A stretch of 64,000 nucleotides of DNA, from contig CAWHAA010000007.1 of assembly GCA_963827275.1 (NCBI GenBank), forward strand, positions 96,001 to 160,000, in the 5' to 3' direction. The notes below the pieces were generated by a model. It was not told where the DNA came from, ran no database searches, and saw only the letters and a program-made list of their open reading frames with translations. This DNA comes from an uncultured Spirochaetota bacterium (GTDB lineage Bacteria; Spirochaetota; UBA4802; UBA5550). This document shows positions 39,899 through 49,880 of this stretch, in pieces. Position 1 is the first letter of the stretch. Each line of letters starts with the position of its first letter. Both the position numbers and the translations under genes were made by a program.

Positions 39899-41422
39899 CT
39901 ATTCCGGCAGTCGTGCGTAGATTTGCCCCATGCGCCTGAGCCTGGTGATCATCTCCTCTGATATGCTGTCCTTTTTCATCTTGAAGCGCCAGTTGCCATC
40001 AATCGTGCCGGGACGGTTCATCCTGAACTCGGCGCCGTATCCCGGGATGTCCTGCGCCATGATGATGACCAGGTTTGCCACGCTCCTGAATGCCAGCCGT
40101 ATCAGCTTCCAGTTAAAATCCGGCCATGCCTCATAGCCGAGGTATTCCAGCACGTAGCTCCTTGTGTTGTCGTCGATCTCGTTCCCGTAGAACCAGCCGT
40201 TGGTGGTGTTGTTGTCATGGGTGCCGGTGTAGAGGACGCAATTGCGGGTGTCGATGTTGTGCGGCAGATAATAATTTTTATTGTTGAAGTCAAAGGCGAA
40301 CTGGAGTATCCGCATCCCGGGGAGCCCCAGGTCGTCCCTGAGCCGCTCCACGTCCGGGGTGATGATGCCCAGGTCCTCCGCGATCAGGTGAAGCGGCCCG
40401 GCTTCCTCGCGGAGTTTTTTGAAGAACTGGATGCCCGGGCCTTTGACCCAGGTCCCTTGTACCGCCGTGGTTTCTTTTTCGGGGATCGACCAGTATGCCT
40501 CAAATCCGCGGAAATGGTCGATGCGGATGATGTCCACGAGCCTTTCCAGGTGCGTGATGCGTTTCACCCACCAGCGAAACGTCTCGGCGTACAGTGCGGT
40601 GCCTTTTTTCCATCGATAGAGCGGATTGCCCCACCGCTGGCCCGTCTCGCTGAAATAATCGGGGGGAACGCCGGCAACGGAAAGCGGCCGGCGGGTAGTT
40701 TCGTCGAGCTGAAGTATGTCCTGGTTCGCCCATGCATCGGCGCTTTCCAGGGTAACATAGATAGGGATGTCGCCGATTATCTGGATGCCCTTGCCTTTGC
40801 AGTAGGTCCTGAACTCGTTCCATTGTTTGAAAAATACATACTGTAAAAATTTGTGAAACCTGATACGCCCGGCAAGCTCCCGGCCGGCCGCTGCCATCCG
40901 TTTCGGTTCACGTGCGGCGAGCGCCGGTTCCCATTTGAGCCAGTCGAGGGTTCCGGTCTGCTCGGCGATGGCGGAGTAGAGGGAGAAGTCGTCCAGCCAT
41001 GAAGACTCATTCGCACAGAAATGCTCAAATGGACGCATCTCGTTATCGGGGGCTTTTGAAAAAAAATCTTTGCTGGCAGCTTCAAGGACCGGCATTTTTT
41101 TCGCGATGACATCTTCAAAGGAGACAAAGAGGTCTTCCGCCGGGGCGACCGCTGAGAGCGGGCCGGTAAACCAGGATTCTTTCGCCAGCATTTCAAGGCT
41201 GATGAATAGCCAGTTGCCCGCGAAGGTGGAGGTTGAGGCATAGGGGGAATACCCGAACCGGGCGTCCACCGGACCGATGGGAAGGATCTGCCAGTAGCTC
41301 ATGCCCGCGCGCGCGAGCAGGTCTGCAAAGGCTTTCGCCTCGGGTCCCAGCGTGCCGATGCCGTACCTTCCGGGAAGGCTGGTGATGTGGAGGAGAATTC
41401 CGCTTGCACGTTCCAGATTCAT
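39899..41422 (-). CDS. malQ: 4-alpha-glucanotransferase (GH77)
   Basis: GILLHITSLP, GVPPDYFSETGQRWGNP, RIDHFRG, TGTHDN. Confidence 0.97.
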   Translation of the reverse strand: MNLERASGILLHITSLPGRYGIGTLGPEAKAFADLLARAGMSYWQILPIGPVDARFGYSPYASTSTFAGNWLFISLEMLAKESWFTGPLSAVAPAEDLFVSFEDVIAKKMPVLEAASKDFFSKAPDNEMRPFEHFCANESSWLDDFSLYSAIAEQTGTLDWLKWEPALAAREPKRMAAAGRELAGRIRFHKFLQYVFFKQWNEFRTYCKGKGIQIIGDIPIYVTLESADAWANQDILQLDETTRRPLSVAGVPPDYFSETGQRWGNPLYRWKKGTALYAETFRWWVKRITHLERLVDIIRIDHFRGFEAYWSIPEKETTAVQGTWVKGPGIQFFKKLREEAGPLHLIAEDLGIITPDVERLRDDLGLPGMRILQFAFDFNNKNYYLPHNIDTRNCVLYTGTHDNNTTNGWFYGNEIDDNTRSYVLEYLGYEAWPDFNWKLIRLAFRSVANLVIIMAQDIPGYGAEFRMNRPGTIDGNWRFKMKKDSISEEMITRLRRMGQIYARLPE

Positions 41423-41434
41423 TACCTATCTATA

Positions 41435-41587
41435 CCCCCCCCCGTCCCCCGAAGGGGGCGAGAGCAAGAATAATTATCCCAATGTAAGATCCTTCCTGAA
41501 ACACAGAGTTACAGATTTTTTCATCAAGCATGCTTATTAATAAGACCGGTATTCTCCGCCGTGCCCCCAACGGGGGACAGGGGGGAT
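41435..41587. repeat. inverted REP-like doublet 2 (malQ / UPF0182 gene)
   Basis: C-run-GTCCCCCGAAGGGGGCG at 41435-41460; inverted copy GTGCCCCCAACGGGGGACAGGGGGGAT at 41561-41587. Confidence 0.8.
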
Positions 41588-41593
41588 GAGCAT

Positions 41594-44302
41594 TTATTTC
41601 ATGCTGTTCATCCTCTCCAGAATTTCCCTGAGCATATTCAGGTGCTCGCCGTACTTGGTCCAGTTGCCCTCGCGCATGCTCGCATCCGCCTGGTTGTAGT
41701 GGTTCATCGCGCGGACCGCAAGGTCCCTGAGCCGCGATTCCAGCGACCCTTCCATGAGAGAGCCCGAGTCGATGAAGGTGGCCCCCGAGAAGAGGCGTTC
41801 CAGGGCGGCTGTCAGGTCCTTTTCCATGACGATCTTGTCGGAGAAGGCGACTATGACGCGCTTGAGCTCCGGCATCTCGCTCGATTCTGACTTGAGGTAC
41901 AGGGGCTCTATGAATAGAATCGATTCCTCAATGGGAATTGCCAGCATGTTTCCCCGTATCACGCCGGAGCCTCTCTGGTTCCAGAGGGTGAGCTGCTTGG
42001 AAATATCAGGGTTCTGGTTTATGCGGCTGTCGACCTGGAGGGGGCCATATGAGAGCTTGTCTTTCGGCAGCTGGTAGAGCTTGAGTTCGCCGTAGTCGGG
42101 CATGTCGCACTTGGCCGTGAGGAACGCGATCATGTTGTCCTTCTTGTACGGCGTGAAGGGCAGGATCATGATGAATTCATCCCGCTTCTCATCAGGGAGC
42201 TTGGTCACCAGGTAGTAGCTCCTCACCTCATCTTCCTTGTTGTCCTGGACCTGGCGCGCGATATGCCAGGAGTCCTCATTGTTGTAGAACACGTCGGGCC
42301 TTGTCATGTGGTAGCGGAGCAGGATGCGGGACTGTATCGTGAAGTAGCTTTCCGGGTAGCGGAGATGGTTTTTCAGGTCGGCGGGCATCTCCTTCATTTT
42401 TTTGAAAATGCCGGGGAAGATGTTTTGATACACCTTGATGATAGGGTCCCTCTCATCAGAAATGTAATAATCCATGGATCCGTTATATGCGTCGATGACG
42501 ATCTTGACGCTGTTGCGCACATAGTTGATGTTCCTGCTGCCGATCTCGATCGGGGTTGAATAGGGGAACTGGTCGGTTGTGGTGTATGCGTCGATTATCC
42601 AGTAGAGCTTCTTGTCCGATAGCACCAGGTAGGGATCGTTGTCGAATTCAAGGAAGGGGGTGTATTCCCTTGCCATCTCGGCGATGTTGCGGCGGTAGTG
42701 CAGCCGGCTGTTATTGTCTATGGTGCCCGATATGAGGATGTTGATGTCCTTGTATACCGCTGCGAACAGGATGCGTTTGAAAATGGAGTTGAGTTGTGTA
42801 CCGCCGGTGCCCTTGTAGACGGTGAATTTGTTGTCGTCACCGTAGGGGTAGTCGAATTCCTTCATGCTGGTGTTGGTGATGATATACGAGTTTTCATGCT
42901 CACCGAAGTAGATCTCCGGCCGCTCGAGGGGGATGTCCACGCTGAATTTAGGCGGGATGTCGTAAATGAGCATCTCGGGCTGGCCCTCTGACGTGATCTT
43001 ATCCACGCGCGAGAGCACGGCGCCGTAGCCGTGGGTGTAGAGCAGGTGGCGGTTCTGCCAGGTCTGGCTGTTTTTACCCAGGCGGTTGATATCGAGCTCC
43101 CGCGCGGAAAGGTTAACGGCGATCTTTCGGTTGTTGATCATGTACCGGTCAACGTCAACGTCATTGAAATAGTAGTACGGCTTGAGCTCCTGCATCTGCT
43201 TGTATGTCTGCTTGAGGGGCTGCCAGTCCCAGATCCGCACATTGTCGAGCGTGTTCTTGTTTTTCTGGATGTCCTGGTAGGTGAGGTTCTGCTTGTTCGC
43301 GAAGGGCACCTCACGCACCTTCTCGATGTCGTAGGCGATCCGGGTGTACTTGATGTTGTGCTCGATATAGGGCCTCTCCTTGTCCAGTTCGTTCGGTTCA
43401 ACGATAAACCGCTGCTGGATGCCCGGGAAGACGCTCCCCAGGAGAAAGTAGACGGGGATGATGGCCGCGAGGACGATCATGGGGAGCATGAAGCTACGCT
43501 TGAATATGTTGAACAGGAACAGGCCGGCCGCGATGAAGGATATGACCATAGCCGCGTTATAGGCCAGCAGGTTTGCATGTACGGCGGTATACCCGGCGCC
43601 GTAGAATTTTCCTATCTTCGAAAAAAGGAGCTCATAGGAATTCAGCTTGTATCCCAGGCCGTACAGGAACACCACCATGGCCAGCAGGGTGGAGATATGG
43701 GCGCGGGCGAAGAGAGAGAACTCGATCTTTGCGTCCCGCATCAGGATGCCGCCGTTGACAACGTGGAACACGATGGAAAAGAGCGCGGTTATGACCAGCG
43801 ATGTCATGAGCCACCCATACAGGAACTGGAGGAAGGGGAGCTTGAACACGTAGAGGCCGAGATCCATCGAGAAGATGGGATCCTTCGGGAAGCCCGTAAA
43901 GGGGACGGCATTTTTGAAGAGCAGGAATTCCTTCCAGAACGCGGAGGCCGCGCCCCCCATCATGAATCCCGCCACCAGCACGCTTGCCGCAAGCAGGATA
44001 AAGAGCGCCCTCTTCGGCGAGCCGAGGATGGGGATGTGCAGTTTGCTCAGGATGTTACTCGTGAAAATCCTGCCTTTTCCTCCCAGCAGGCGGATCAGGA
44101 GAAAGTTGAAGGAAAAGATCCCGATGAATATCAGGCCGAAAAGAATGTGGACGTTGAACTTTGTAAAGAAGAGGACCCAGAATATGTTCAGGCCCTTATA
44201 CATCCTGAACCATTCATAATCGGCATAGAAGCCGGAAGAGATGGATATGATGGTGTACACAATAATAAAAAGCGTGATGCCGATTAACATTTTTTTATTC
44301 AT
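41594..44302 (-). CDS. UPF0182 family membrane protein
   Basis: DPIFSMDLGLYVFKLP, VDVDRY, YTHGYG, NYVRNSVK, IEPLYL. Confidence 0.95.
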   Translation of the reverse strand: MNKKMLIGITLFIIVYTIISISSGFYADYEWFRMYKGLNIFWVLFFTKFNVHILFGLIFIGIFSFNFLLIRLLGGKGRIFTSNILSKLHIPILGSPKRALFILLAASVLVAGFMMGGAASAFWKEFLLFKNAVPFTGFPKDPIFSMDLGLYVFKLPFLQFLYGWLMTSLVITALFSIVFHVVNGGILMRDAKIEFSLFARAHISTLLAMVVFLYGLGYKLNSYELLFSKIGKFYGAGYTAVHANLLAYNAAMVISFIAAGLFLFNIFKRSFMLPMIVLAAIIPVYFLLGSVFPGIQQRFIVEPNELDKERPYIEHNIKYTRIAYDIEKVREVPFANKQNLTYQDIQKNKNTLDNVRIWDWQPLKQTYKQMQELKPYYYFNDVDVDRYMINNRKIAVNLSARELDINRLGKNSQTWQNRHLLYTHGYGAVLSRVDKITSEGQPEMLIYDIPPKFSVDIPLERPEIYFGEHENSYIITNTSMKEFDYPYGDDNKFTVYKGTGGTQLNSIFKRILFAAVYKDINILISGTIDNNSRLHYRRNIAEMAREYTPFLEFDNDPYLVLSDKKLYWIIDAYTTTDQFPYSTPIEIGSRNINYVRNSVKIVIDAYNGSMDYYISDERDPIIKVYQNIFPGIFKKMKEMPADLKNHLRYPESYFTIQSRILLRYHMTRPDVFYNNEDSWHIARQVQDNKEDEVRSYYLVTKLPDEKRDEFIMILPFTPYKKDNMIAFLTAKCDMPDYGELKLYQLPKDKLSYGPLQVDSRINQNPDISKQLTLWNQRGSGVIRGNMLAIPIEESILFIEPLYLKSESSEMPELKRVIVAFSDKIVMEKDLTAALERLFSGATFIDSGSLMEGSLESRLRDLAVRAMNHYNQADASMREGNWTKYGEHLNMLREILERMNSMK

Positions 44303-44568
44303 GGCAGTGTTCCGGTTATAATAATTATTTTCAGGCGATACGGATCGGTAAATTACGAATGATGGATTGCCCGTGTGGTGCAAGGTATATACCAAAACAA
44401 AAGTAAATCAAGCTATTTTTTTGGGGCATTCAGCAAAGACCCCTGCGCAAGCGCCTTTTTTACTTGCTTAATCTGTGCCGCGCCGGTATTTTGGGCGACA
44501 TTACCGATTCGGTCCCGGAGATGATGGATTGTATGAATGATAACTGTTCCGATAACAGCAAAAAGAAG

Positions 44569-45714
44569 ATGATATCGCGCAAGGTTGTGGGCGTCAAATC
44601 CTTCATGGTCATGGATGTGATGGCCAGGGCGGAACAACTGGAGCACGAAGGGAAGGATATTATTCATCTTGAAGTGGGCGAGCCCGATTTCGAGACCCCT
44701 GAAGTCGTGCGGGAGGCGGCCATCGAGGCTATCCGTTCCGGAAAGACCCACTACACCCATGCCATGGGTATCCTGGAACTGCGCGAGGAAATCTGCGATT
44801 TCTATCGGCGTGAATACGGCGTCTCCGTCACGCCGGACCGGGTGCTGGTGACCTCCGGCACGTCGCCGGCTATGCTTCTCATGATGCTCTCGCTCCTCGA
44901 GCCGGACGATGAGGTGATCCTGTCGAATCCCCGCTACTCATGCTATCCCAATTTTATTGAGGCCGTGGGAGGCAAGGTGGTTGAGGTGCGCACTGATCCT
45001 GATGACGGGTTCCAGTACCGCCCCGAGCGGATTCGCGCCGCCCTGACTGACAGGGCAAAGGCCATCATGATTAACTCGCCGTCAAACCCGACCGGGATCG
45101 TCATGACTGAAAAAAACATGAGGGAGATAGCCGGCTTCGGCGACCGCTTTATCCTCTCGGACGAGATTTACCACGGACTGGTGTACGAGGGAAAGGCCCA
45201 TTCCATTCTTGAATACACCGACCGGGCTTTCGTTATCAACGGGTTTTCCAAGCTCTATGCCATGACCGGGTGGCGGCTCGGATATCTGATTTTTCCTAAA
45301 GAATTTTCCCGCGTGATGGAGCGCCTTCATCAGAATTTTGCCATATCTGCCAACAGTTTCGTCCAGATAGCGGGGATCGCCGCGCTCAGGCACGGCGGCC
45401 CGGATATCGAACGGATGAAGGCGACATACAATGAGCGGCGTGTTTACATGATACGCCGGCTGGAGGAACTGGGATTCAGGATCCATGTCGAGCCTACCGG
45501 CGCATTTTACGTGTTTGCGGATGCAAGTCACTTCTGCACGGATTCATACAGAGAAGCATTCAGGATACTCGACACCGTGAAGGTCGGTGTCACTCCGGGC
45601 ATTGATTTCGGCTCAGGAGGAGAGGGCTTCATACGGTTTTCTTACGCCAATTCCCTTGAAAATATCAAGGAAGGCCTCAACAGGATTGAAGCGTATCTGA
45701 AAACCAGGATATAA
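44569..45714 (+). CDS. PLP-dependent aminotransferase class I/II
   Basis: GEPDF, NSPSNPTG, SDEIY, FSKLYAMTGWRLG. Confidence 0.95.
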   Translation: MISRKVVGVKSFMVMDVMARAEQLEHEGKDIIHLEVGEPDFETPEVVREAAIEAIRSGKTHYTHAMGILELREEICDFYRREYGVSVTPDRVLVTSGTSPAMLLMMLSLLEPDDEVILSNPRYSCYPNFIEAVGGKVVEVRTDPDDGFQYRPERIRAALTDRAKAIMINSPSNPTGIVMTEKNMREIAGFGDRFILSDEIYHGLVYEGKAHSILEYTDRAFVINGFSKLYAMTGWRLGYLIFPKEFSRVMERLHQNFAISANSFVQIAGIAALRHGGPDIERMKATYNERRVYMIRRLEELGFRIHVEPTGAFYVFADASHFCTDSYREAFRILDTVKVGVTPGIDFGSGGEGFIRFSYANSLENIKEGLNRIEAYLKTRI

Positions 45715-45744
45715 TCGTTGTTGATCGTGAGATCTTGCCATGCC

Positions 45745-46576
45745 CTATCGGGTATCATTGCTTCCGTAATTCATTGAAAACATCTTTGCCACAAAGATGT
45801 CGAGAACCTTTCCGGGTATCAGTGTCTCCAGGTATGAAACAATCCTGTTTCCGGCTATGATATAGCGGTGCTTCGGGCGTTTGCGGGTTATATATCTGAA
45901 AATCATGGCAGCTGCCCTTCCGGGATCCATCCCCCGTGCGCCGGACATGATGAATCTATTCCGGAATGCCTCGATGCTCTTTGCTGTATTTCCTGTCAAC
46001 AAATGAGGAATCCTGCTCCAGGGACTTGTGCCATATCGGTGTCGCTATACCCCCCGGCTCAATCAGTATTGTCCTGATGCCGAATGGGTTGAGTTCCCTT
46101 CTTATTGAATCGCTCCATCCTTCGATTGCGAATTTTGATGCTGTGTAGGGAGAGAGGAAGGGAAGGGCAATGCGTCCCGCCATGGATCCATTTATCACGA
46201 GCCGCCCGCGGTTTTTAATGAGTCCCGGTAGAATTTTCTGTGTGAGCATTATCATACCGAATACATTTACCTCCATTACCTGTCGGTAGATTGAAATCGG
46301 TAGATTTTCGAAAGGCCCTCCGAGCGCAATACCTGCATTGTTGATGACGTATTTCAGCCTGTTCCCGTCTTTTTCCATCTGATTGATCAGTGAAGCAAAG
46401 GAGATGATCTCTTCAGCGTTACGTAAGTCGAGCTTCTGGGATATTACGCCAGGTTGTGTTTCAAATGGATTGTGCTCGAGGAATGAGAGAATAACCATGT
46501 AGCCGGCATCAATGAATAGGGGGACAAGGGATTTCCCTATTCCGCTGTCGCAGCCGGTTATAACCGCAAGATTCAT
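45745..46576 (-). CDS. SDR family oxidoreductase, +1 frameshift near 45980
   Basis: TGCDSGIG, NNAG, YTASK; C-terminus (PKHRY) in the adjacent frame. Confidence 0.9.
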
Positions 46577-46607
46577 GAACGGTTCCTCTTTACATAATGT
46601 AATAAAA

Positions 46608-46625
46608 ATTACCGATAACTATCGG
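46608..46625 (+). promoter_or_regulatory. single copy of the array palindrome in a divergent promoter region
   Basis: ATTACCGATAACTATCGG, identical over 18 nt to array unit 3; flanked by AAAATT/AATTTT. Confidence 0.8.
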
Positions 46626-46700
46626 AATTTTTTCACTTTTTATCTCGCCTGTTCGTTTAATTTATGAAAATTATTTTATATGAAAATGCGGGAGATAATT

Positions 46701-47192
46701 ATGATTATTGAAACAACGCTCAATATGCACGTCGAAATCCTCGAAAGAATCGAATTTGCGTCAAAAAGATTGAATAAATCACGGATGTATATCATCCGCA
46801 TGTTGCTGGCCAAAATGATAGAAGATGATAAGAAGTTAAAGAGAATGTGGTCTCCGGTGAAATATCAAGACAGGGACATGTCGGGTAATTGGCATGTGTT
46901 TCATTTGACGTTGCGGCAGGATGAATATGAGTATGGACTTGATCTGCGTAAAATTTACAGGATGTCTTTGTCGGCGGTAGTTGCCTATGCGGTCGATAAA
47001 TACTTGGATGAGATTGTCTTGAAATTTTCGAAGCTGGATGATGAAGCTATAACCGATAACTATCTATATAAAAATTATATTATTGCTTACAGACTTGTTG
47101 AAGGAGTACATTCCTGGCGAATCTACTGGGGGTATACCCACAAAGACTTATTCAAACCCGCCGTTGGAAATATCCACGCGAATTCTATCTGA
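46701..47192 (+). CDS. hypothetical protein, predicted tandem ribbon-helix-helix DNA-binding protein (resembles Leptospira DUF1564 proteins)
   Basis: GGAG RBS; two strand-helix-helix patterns (ETTLNM/..SRMYIIRMLL and VFHLTL/..SLSAVVAYAVDKYL) linked by KYQ; family assignment by eye. Confidence 0.62.
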   Translation: MIIETTLNMHVEILERIEFASKRLNKSRMYIIRMLLAKMIEDDKKLKRMWSPVKYQDRDMSGNWHVFHLTLRQDEYEYGLDLRKIYRMSLSAVVAYAVDKYLDEIVLKFSKLDDEAITDNYLYKNYIIAYRLVEGVHSWRIYWGYTHKDLFKPAVGNIHANSI

Positions 47193-48363
47193 TATAATTC
47201 ACGAAGTAATCTAAAATCCCATCAAGACGGTTTCCGGTCGCCAGCTTACGCGGAAGTGTCAAAATTAATTCAACCGTTTCTCCATGCCCCATGACGACGA
47301 GAAAAAACGGCGCGTATTCATTTGCCGGCGGGATGGCGAATAAACCAGTGGAAGTAAATCCGCCGCCCCGGTAACCGGTCAGGTCGATCCTGCCAAAGTT
47401 GGATATGAAACCTGAAATGCTGTAGATGCTGTTTTTATGCCTGCCGTGTATTATTCTGGCCCCGACCATTTTCATCAGCCACTGGGGGGCGTACCTGACA
47501 AGGTCGTCGCCCCTTGAAAGCATGCCCTCGCGTTTCTCGTCGAGTTGTAGCTTGATGTCATTGGCGATCTGTTCCGGCGTAGAGTCTTTTTTTATCTCAA
47601 TATAGATTGCGAAGGTAAGGTTAGCGGTTGAAACGAGGCCGCTCATTCTGGGCCGCATGTCAACGGGTATCCCGATCCGGACGATGCCGTCAGAATGACG
47701 CCATGCCTCCTGCGCCGTCAGTATCGCGATCTGCGCCAGCAGGTGGTGCGGGTGCGCTTTCACATTAACACGCCGCCAGACAAATCCCTTTTCGTTCATA
47801 TCGGCCGTGCCGGTAGGCGGGATATGCTCTGTGGGATACTGCTTTCTCAATTTTTTTTGAATGATTTTCGCAAGCTCCGTGTCCGTCAGTGCTGACGATG
47901 AGCCGATGCAGGGCTCCCCGCGCAGTGCCCGGAACACGTCTTCCGCCCAGGTGAAGGTTCCCCTGCCGTCCATGACGCCGTGCAGCGTGCGAAATATCAC
48001 CCGCGGCGTATCCCCCCTGACAAGAAGTACTTCACAGGTCGGGCCGTTTTTCGGGTCCAGCGGTTTTTCGAGAAACGGGGCATGTTCCGAATTGTAGCCG
48101 TTCCACCCGCTTTCGGTGATCACGATTACCGGAGGCGTTGAGCCAGAATCAACCCACCGGCTGGCCCCCAGTATGCCCTTCAGGGTCACCCGGCTGCCGG
48201 GATTTGCCTCTGAAGCGGCCGCAACAGCGGTATGCCAGAGACCGTACTCCAGCACTCCCGTGCCCTCGAAGACAATCTGGTTCGCCATGGGGGGGGATAA
48301 CTGTGCGCCGACAAGAAATGCGCGTTCGTTGAATGATAGTTTTCGTGAATATTTAGCGGGCAT
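47185..48363 (-). CDS. condensation-domain / CoA-dependent acyltransferase-like protein
   Basis: HxxxDG motif (LHGVMDG), RKLSFNER start, PVDMR, SNFGR. Confidence 0.75.
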   Translation of the reverse strand: MPAKYSRKLSFNERAFLVGAQLSPPMANQIVFEGTGVLEYGLWHTAVAAASEANPGSRVTLKGILGASRWVDSGSTPPVIVITESGWNGYNSEHAPFLEKPLDPKNGPTCEVLLVRGDTPRVIFRTLHGVMDGRGTFTWAEDVFRALRGEPCIGSSSALTDTELAKIIQKKLRKQYPTEHIPPTGTADMNEKGFVWRRVNVKAHPHHLLAQIAILTAQEAWRHSDGIVRIGIPVDMRPRMSGLVSTANLTFAIYIEIKKDSTPEQIANDIKLQLDEKREGMLSRGDDLVRYAPQWLMKMVGARIIHGRHKNSIYSISGFISNFGRIDLTGYRGGGFTSTGLFAIPPANEYAPFFLVVMGHGETVELILTLPRKLATGNRLDGILDYFVNYIR

Positions 48364-48478
48364 TGATGTAAAGAATCCGATCCTTTTTTTCTGGTTGCTG
48401 GCGGCAAACAGGAGTGTCCCCTGGCATACGTCTTACCCGGAGTGAAGGGTGCGCGTTGTAGTCGGGCATGTACGCAGC

Positions 48479-49606
48479 TTATATGTCTATCTGGAAGATC
48501 CGGTACCCCTTGTACCGGTCGGCGTTCACGAACTTGAGCGCGCCGATCATCTTCTTGTTGGTCTCCACGATGAGGGAGCAGTCCGATTGTATGTAGCCCA
48601 TCCCAATGCCGATTTCCATCGTCATGAGAATGAGTATCTGGTCAATGTCCTGGCCCCGGTATTCGGGCTCCACCCCGAGCAGTATGGTCCTGATGGTTTT
48701 CGTCCTTTTTACCTGCCAGAGGAGCTTGACGAGCCTCCAGGGATAGAGCCTGCCGTTAAGCTTCGCGAAACCGGGGTTCGCGTCAGGGACGGAGAGAATA
48801 AAGCCGATGGTCTTGCCGTCCTTTTCCGCGAAGATGGCGAGTTCGGGTATTATTACGAGTGAGAGCTCCTTGTACATCAGGTCGAATTGCTTGTCGGTGA
48901 GGGGAAGGTGGTCCATGTTGCCTTCCCACGCGGCGTTGAATATGCGTTTCACGTCATCCGCCCTTTTGGGAATATCGCGCTTTTTCGTCGGGATGAACTT
49001 TATGTCCGTTTTTTTCATCATCTCTTCCCGCATCTTGAAAAAGGGCTCCCAGTTGACCCCGTCTTTTTTAACCATGAAGCAGAACCAGTCGATATACTTT
49101 TCGAAGCCGAACGCGAGGGCGTGCTTTTCGTACCAGTGCGCACCGTGAAACATGCCGATGACCGGCATCCTGCCGTTATTGATGCAGTCGAACCCGACCG
49201 AATCATATATCGTAAAGCTCTGCGGTCCGTTCATCTTCTTCTTGCCTTTTGCGCGGAGACATTCGCGCGCCGCCTCAAAGAGGGCCTTGGAGACATTGAG
49301 GTCGTCTATGCATTCATAGAAGCCGAAGAAACCTGTGTCCTTGTCGTATTTCTCCTCGTAGCGGGAGTATGTATGCGCGGTGATCCTTCCCGCGGGCTTC
49401 CCGTCCTTGTAGGCGATAAAAAAGTCCGCTTCACCGTGCTCGAAAAAATACCCCTGCTTCGGGTCGAACATGTGCACCATGTCGCCGATGACCGGCGGGA
49501 CCCATGCCGGGTCATATTTGTAGATTTGCGCCGTCCATGGCACCTTGATGAATTCCATCAGCATTTTTTTGTCGGTTACTTTTTTTACCATGATTGTCGA
49601 GCTCAT
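48479..49606 (-). CDS. YghO-like tandem GNAT acyltransferase
   Basis: IY..DPAWVPP, GRITA, GFFGFYE, LGVEPEYRGQ, ETN motifs. Confidence 0.8.
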   Translation of the reverse strand: MSSTIMVKKVTDKKMLMEFIKVPWTAQIYKYDPAWVPPVIGDMVHMFDPKQGYFFEHGEADFFIAYKDGKPAGRITAHTYSRYEEKYDKDTGFFGFYECIDDLNVSKALFEAARECLRAKGKKKMNGPQSFTIYDSVGFDCINNGRMPVIGMFHGAHWYEKHALAFGFEKYIDWFCFMVKKDGVNWEPFFKMREEMMKKTDIKFIPTKKRDIPKRADDVKRIFNAAWEGNMDHLPLTDKQFDLMYKELSLVIIPELAIFAEKDGKTIGFILSVPDANPGFAKLNGRLYPWRLVKLLWQVKRTKTIRTILLGVEPEYRGQDIDQILILMTMEIGIGMGYIQSDCSLIVETNKKMIGALKFVNADRYKGYRIFQIDI

Positions 49607-49880
49607 GAGGGTGTCCTTTTTTATCAGGTGTATCGGCGCGATCCGGGGAAACAGGGTCTTTCATGTAATGGGCGTACACTATGTCAATTATTTGTATAAT
49701 GTCCATTCTTTTTTTGAATTTAATACGGCGATACCTTCTTTATAATGAATAAATAAAGTTCTTTACAAAAAATTGCCGCATTTATAATTTCCCATAACAT
49801 CCTATTTGCAAATAATGCCTGTGATGGGCAAAAATGGCGCCCGCGCAGACGTATCTGATACCGTGTTGGGAGGTCCCTGA

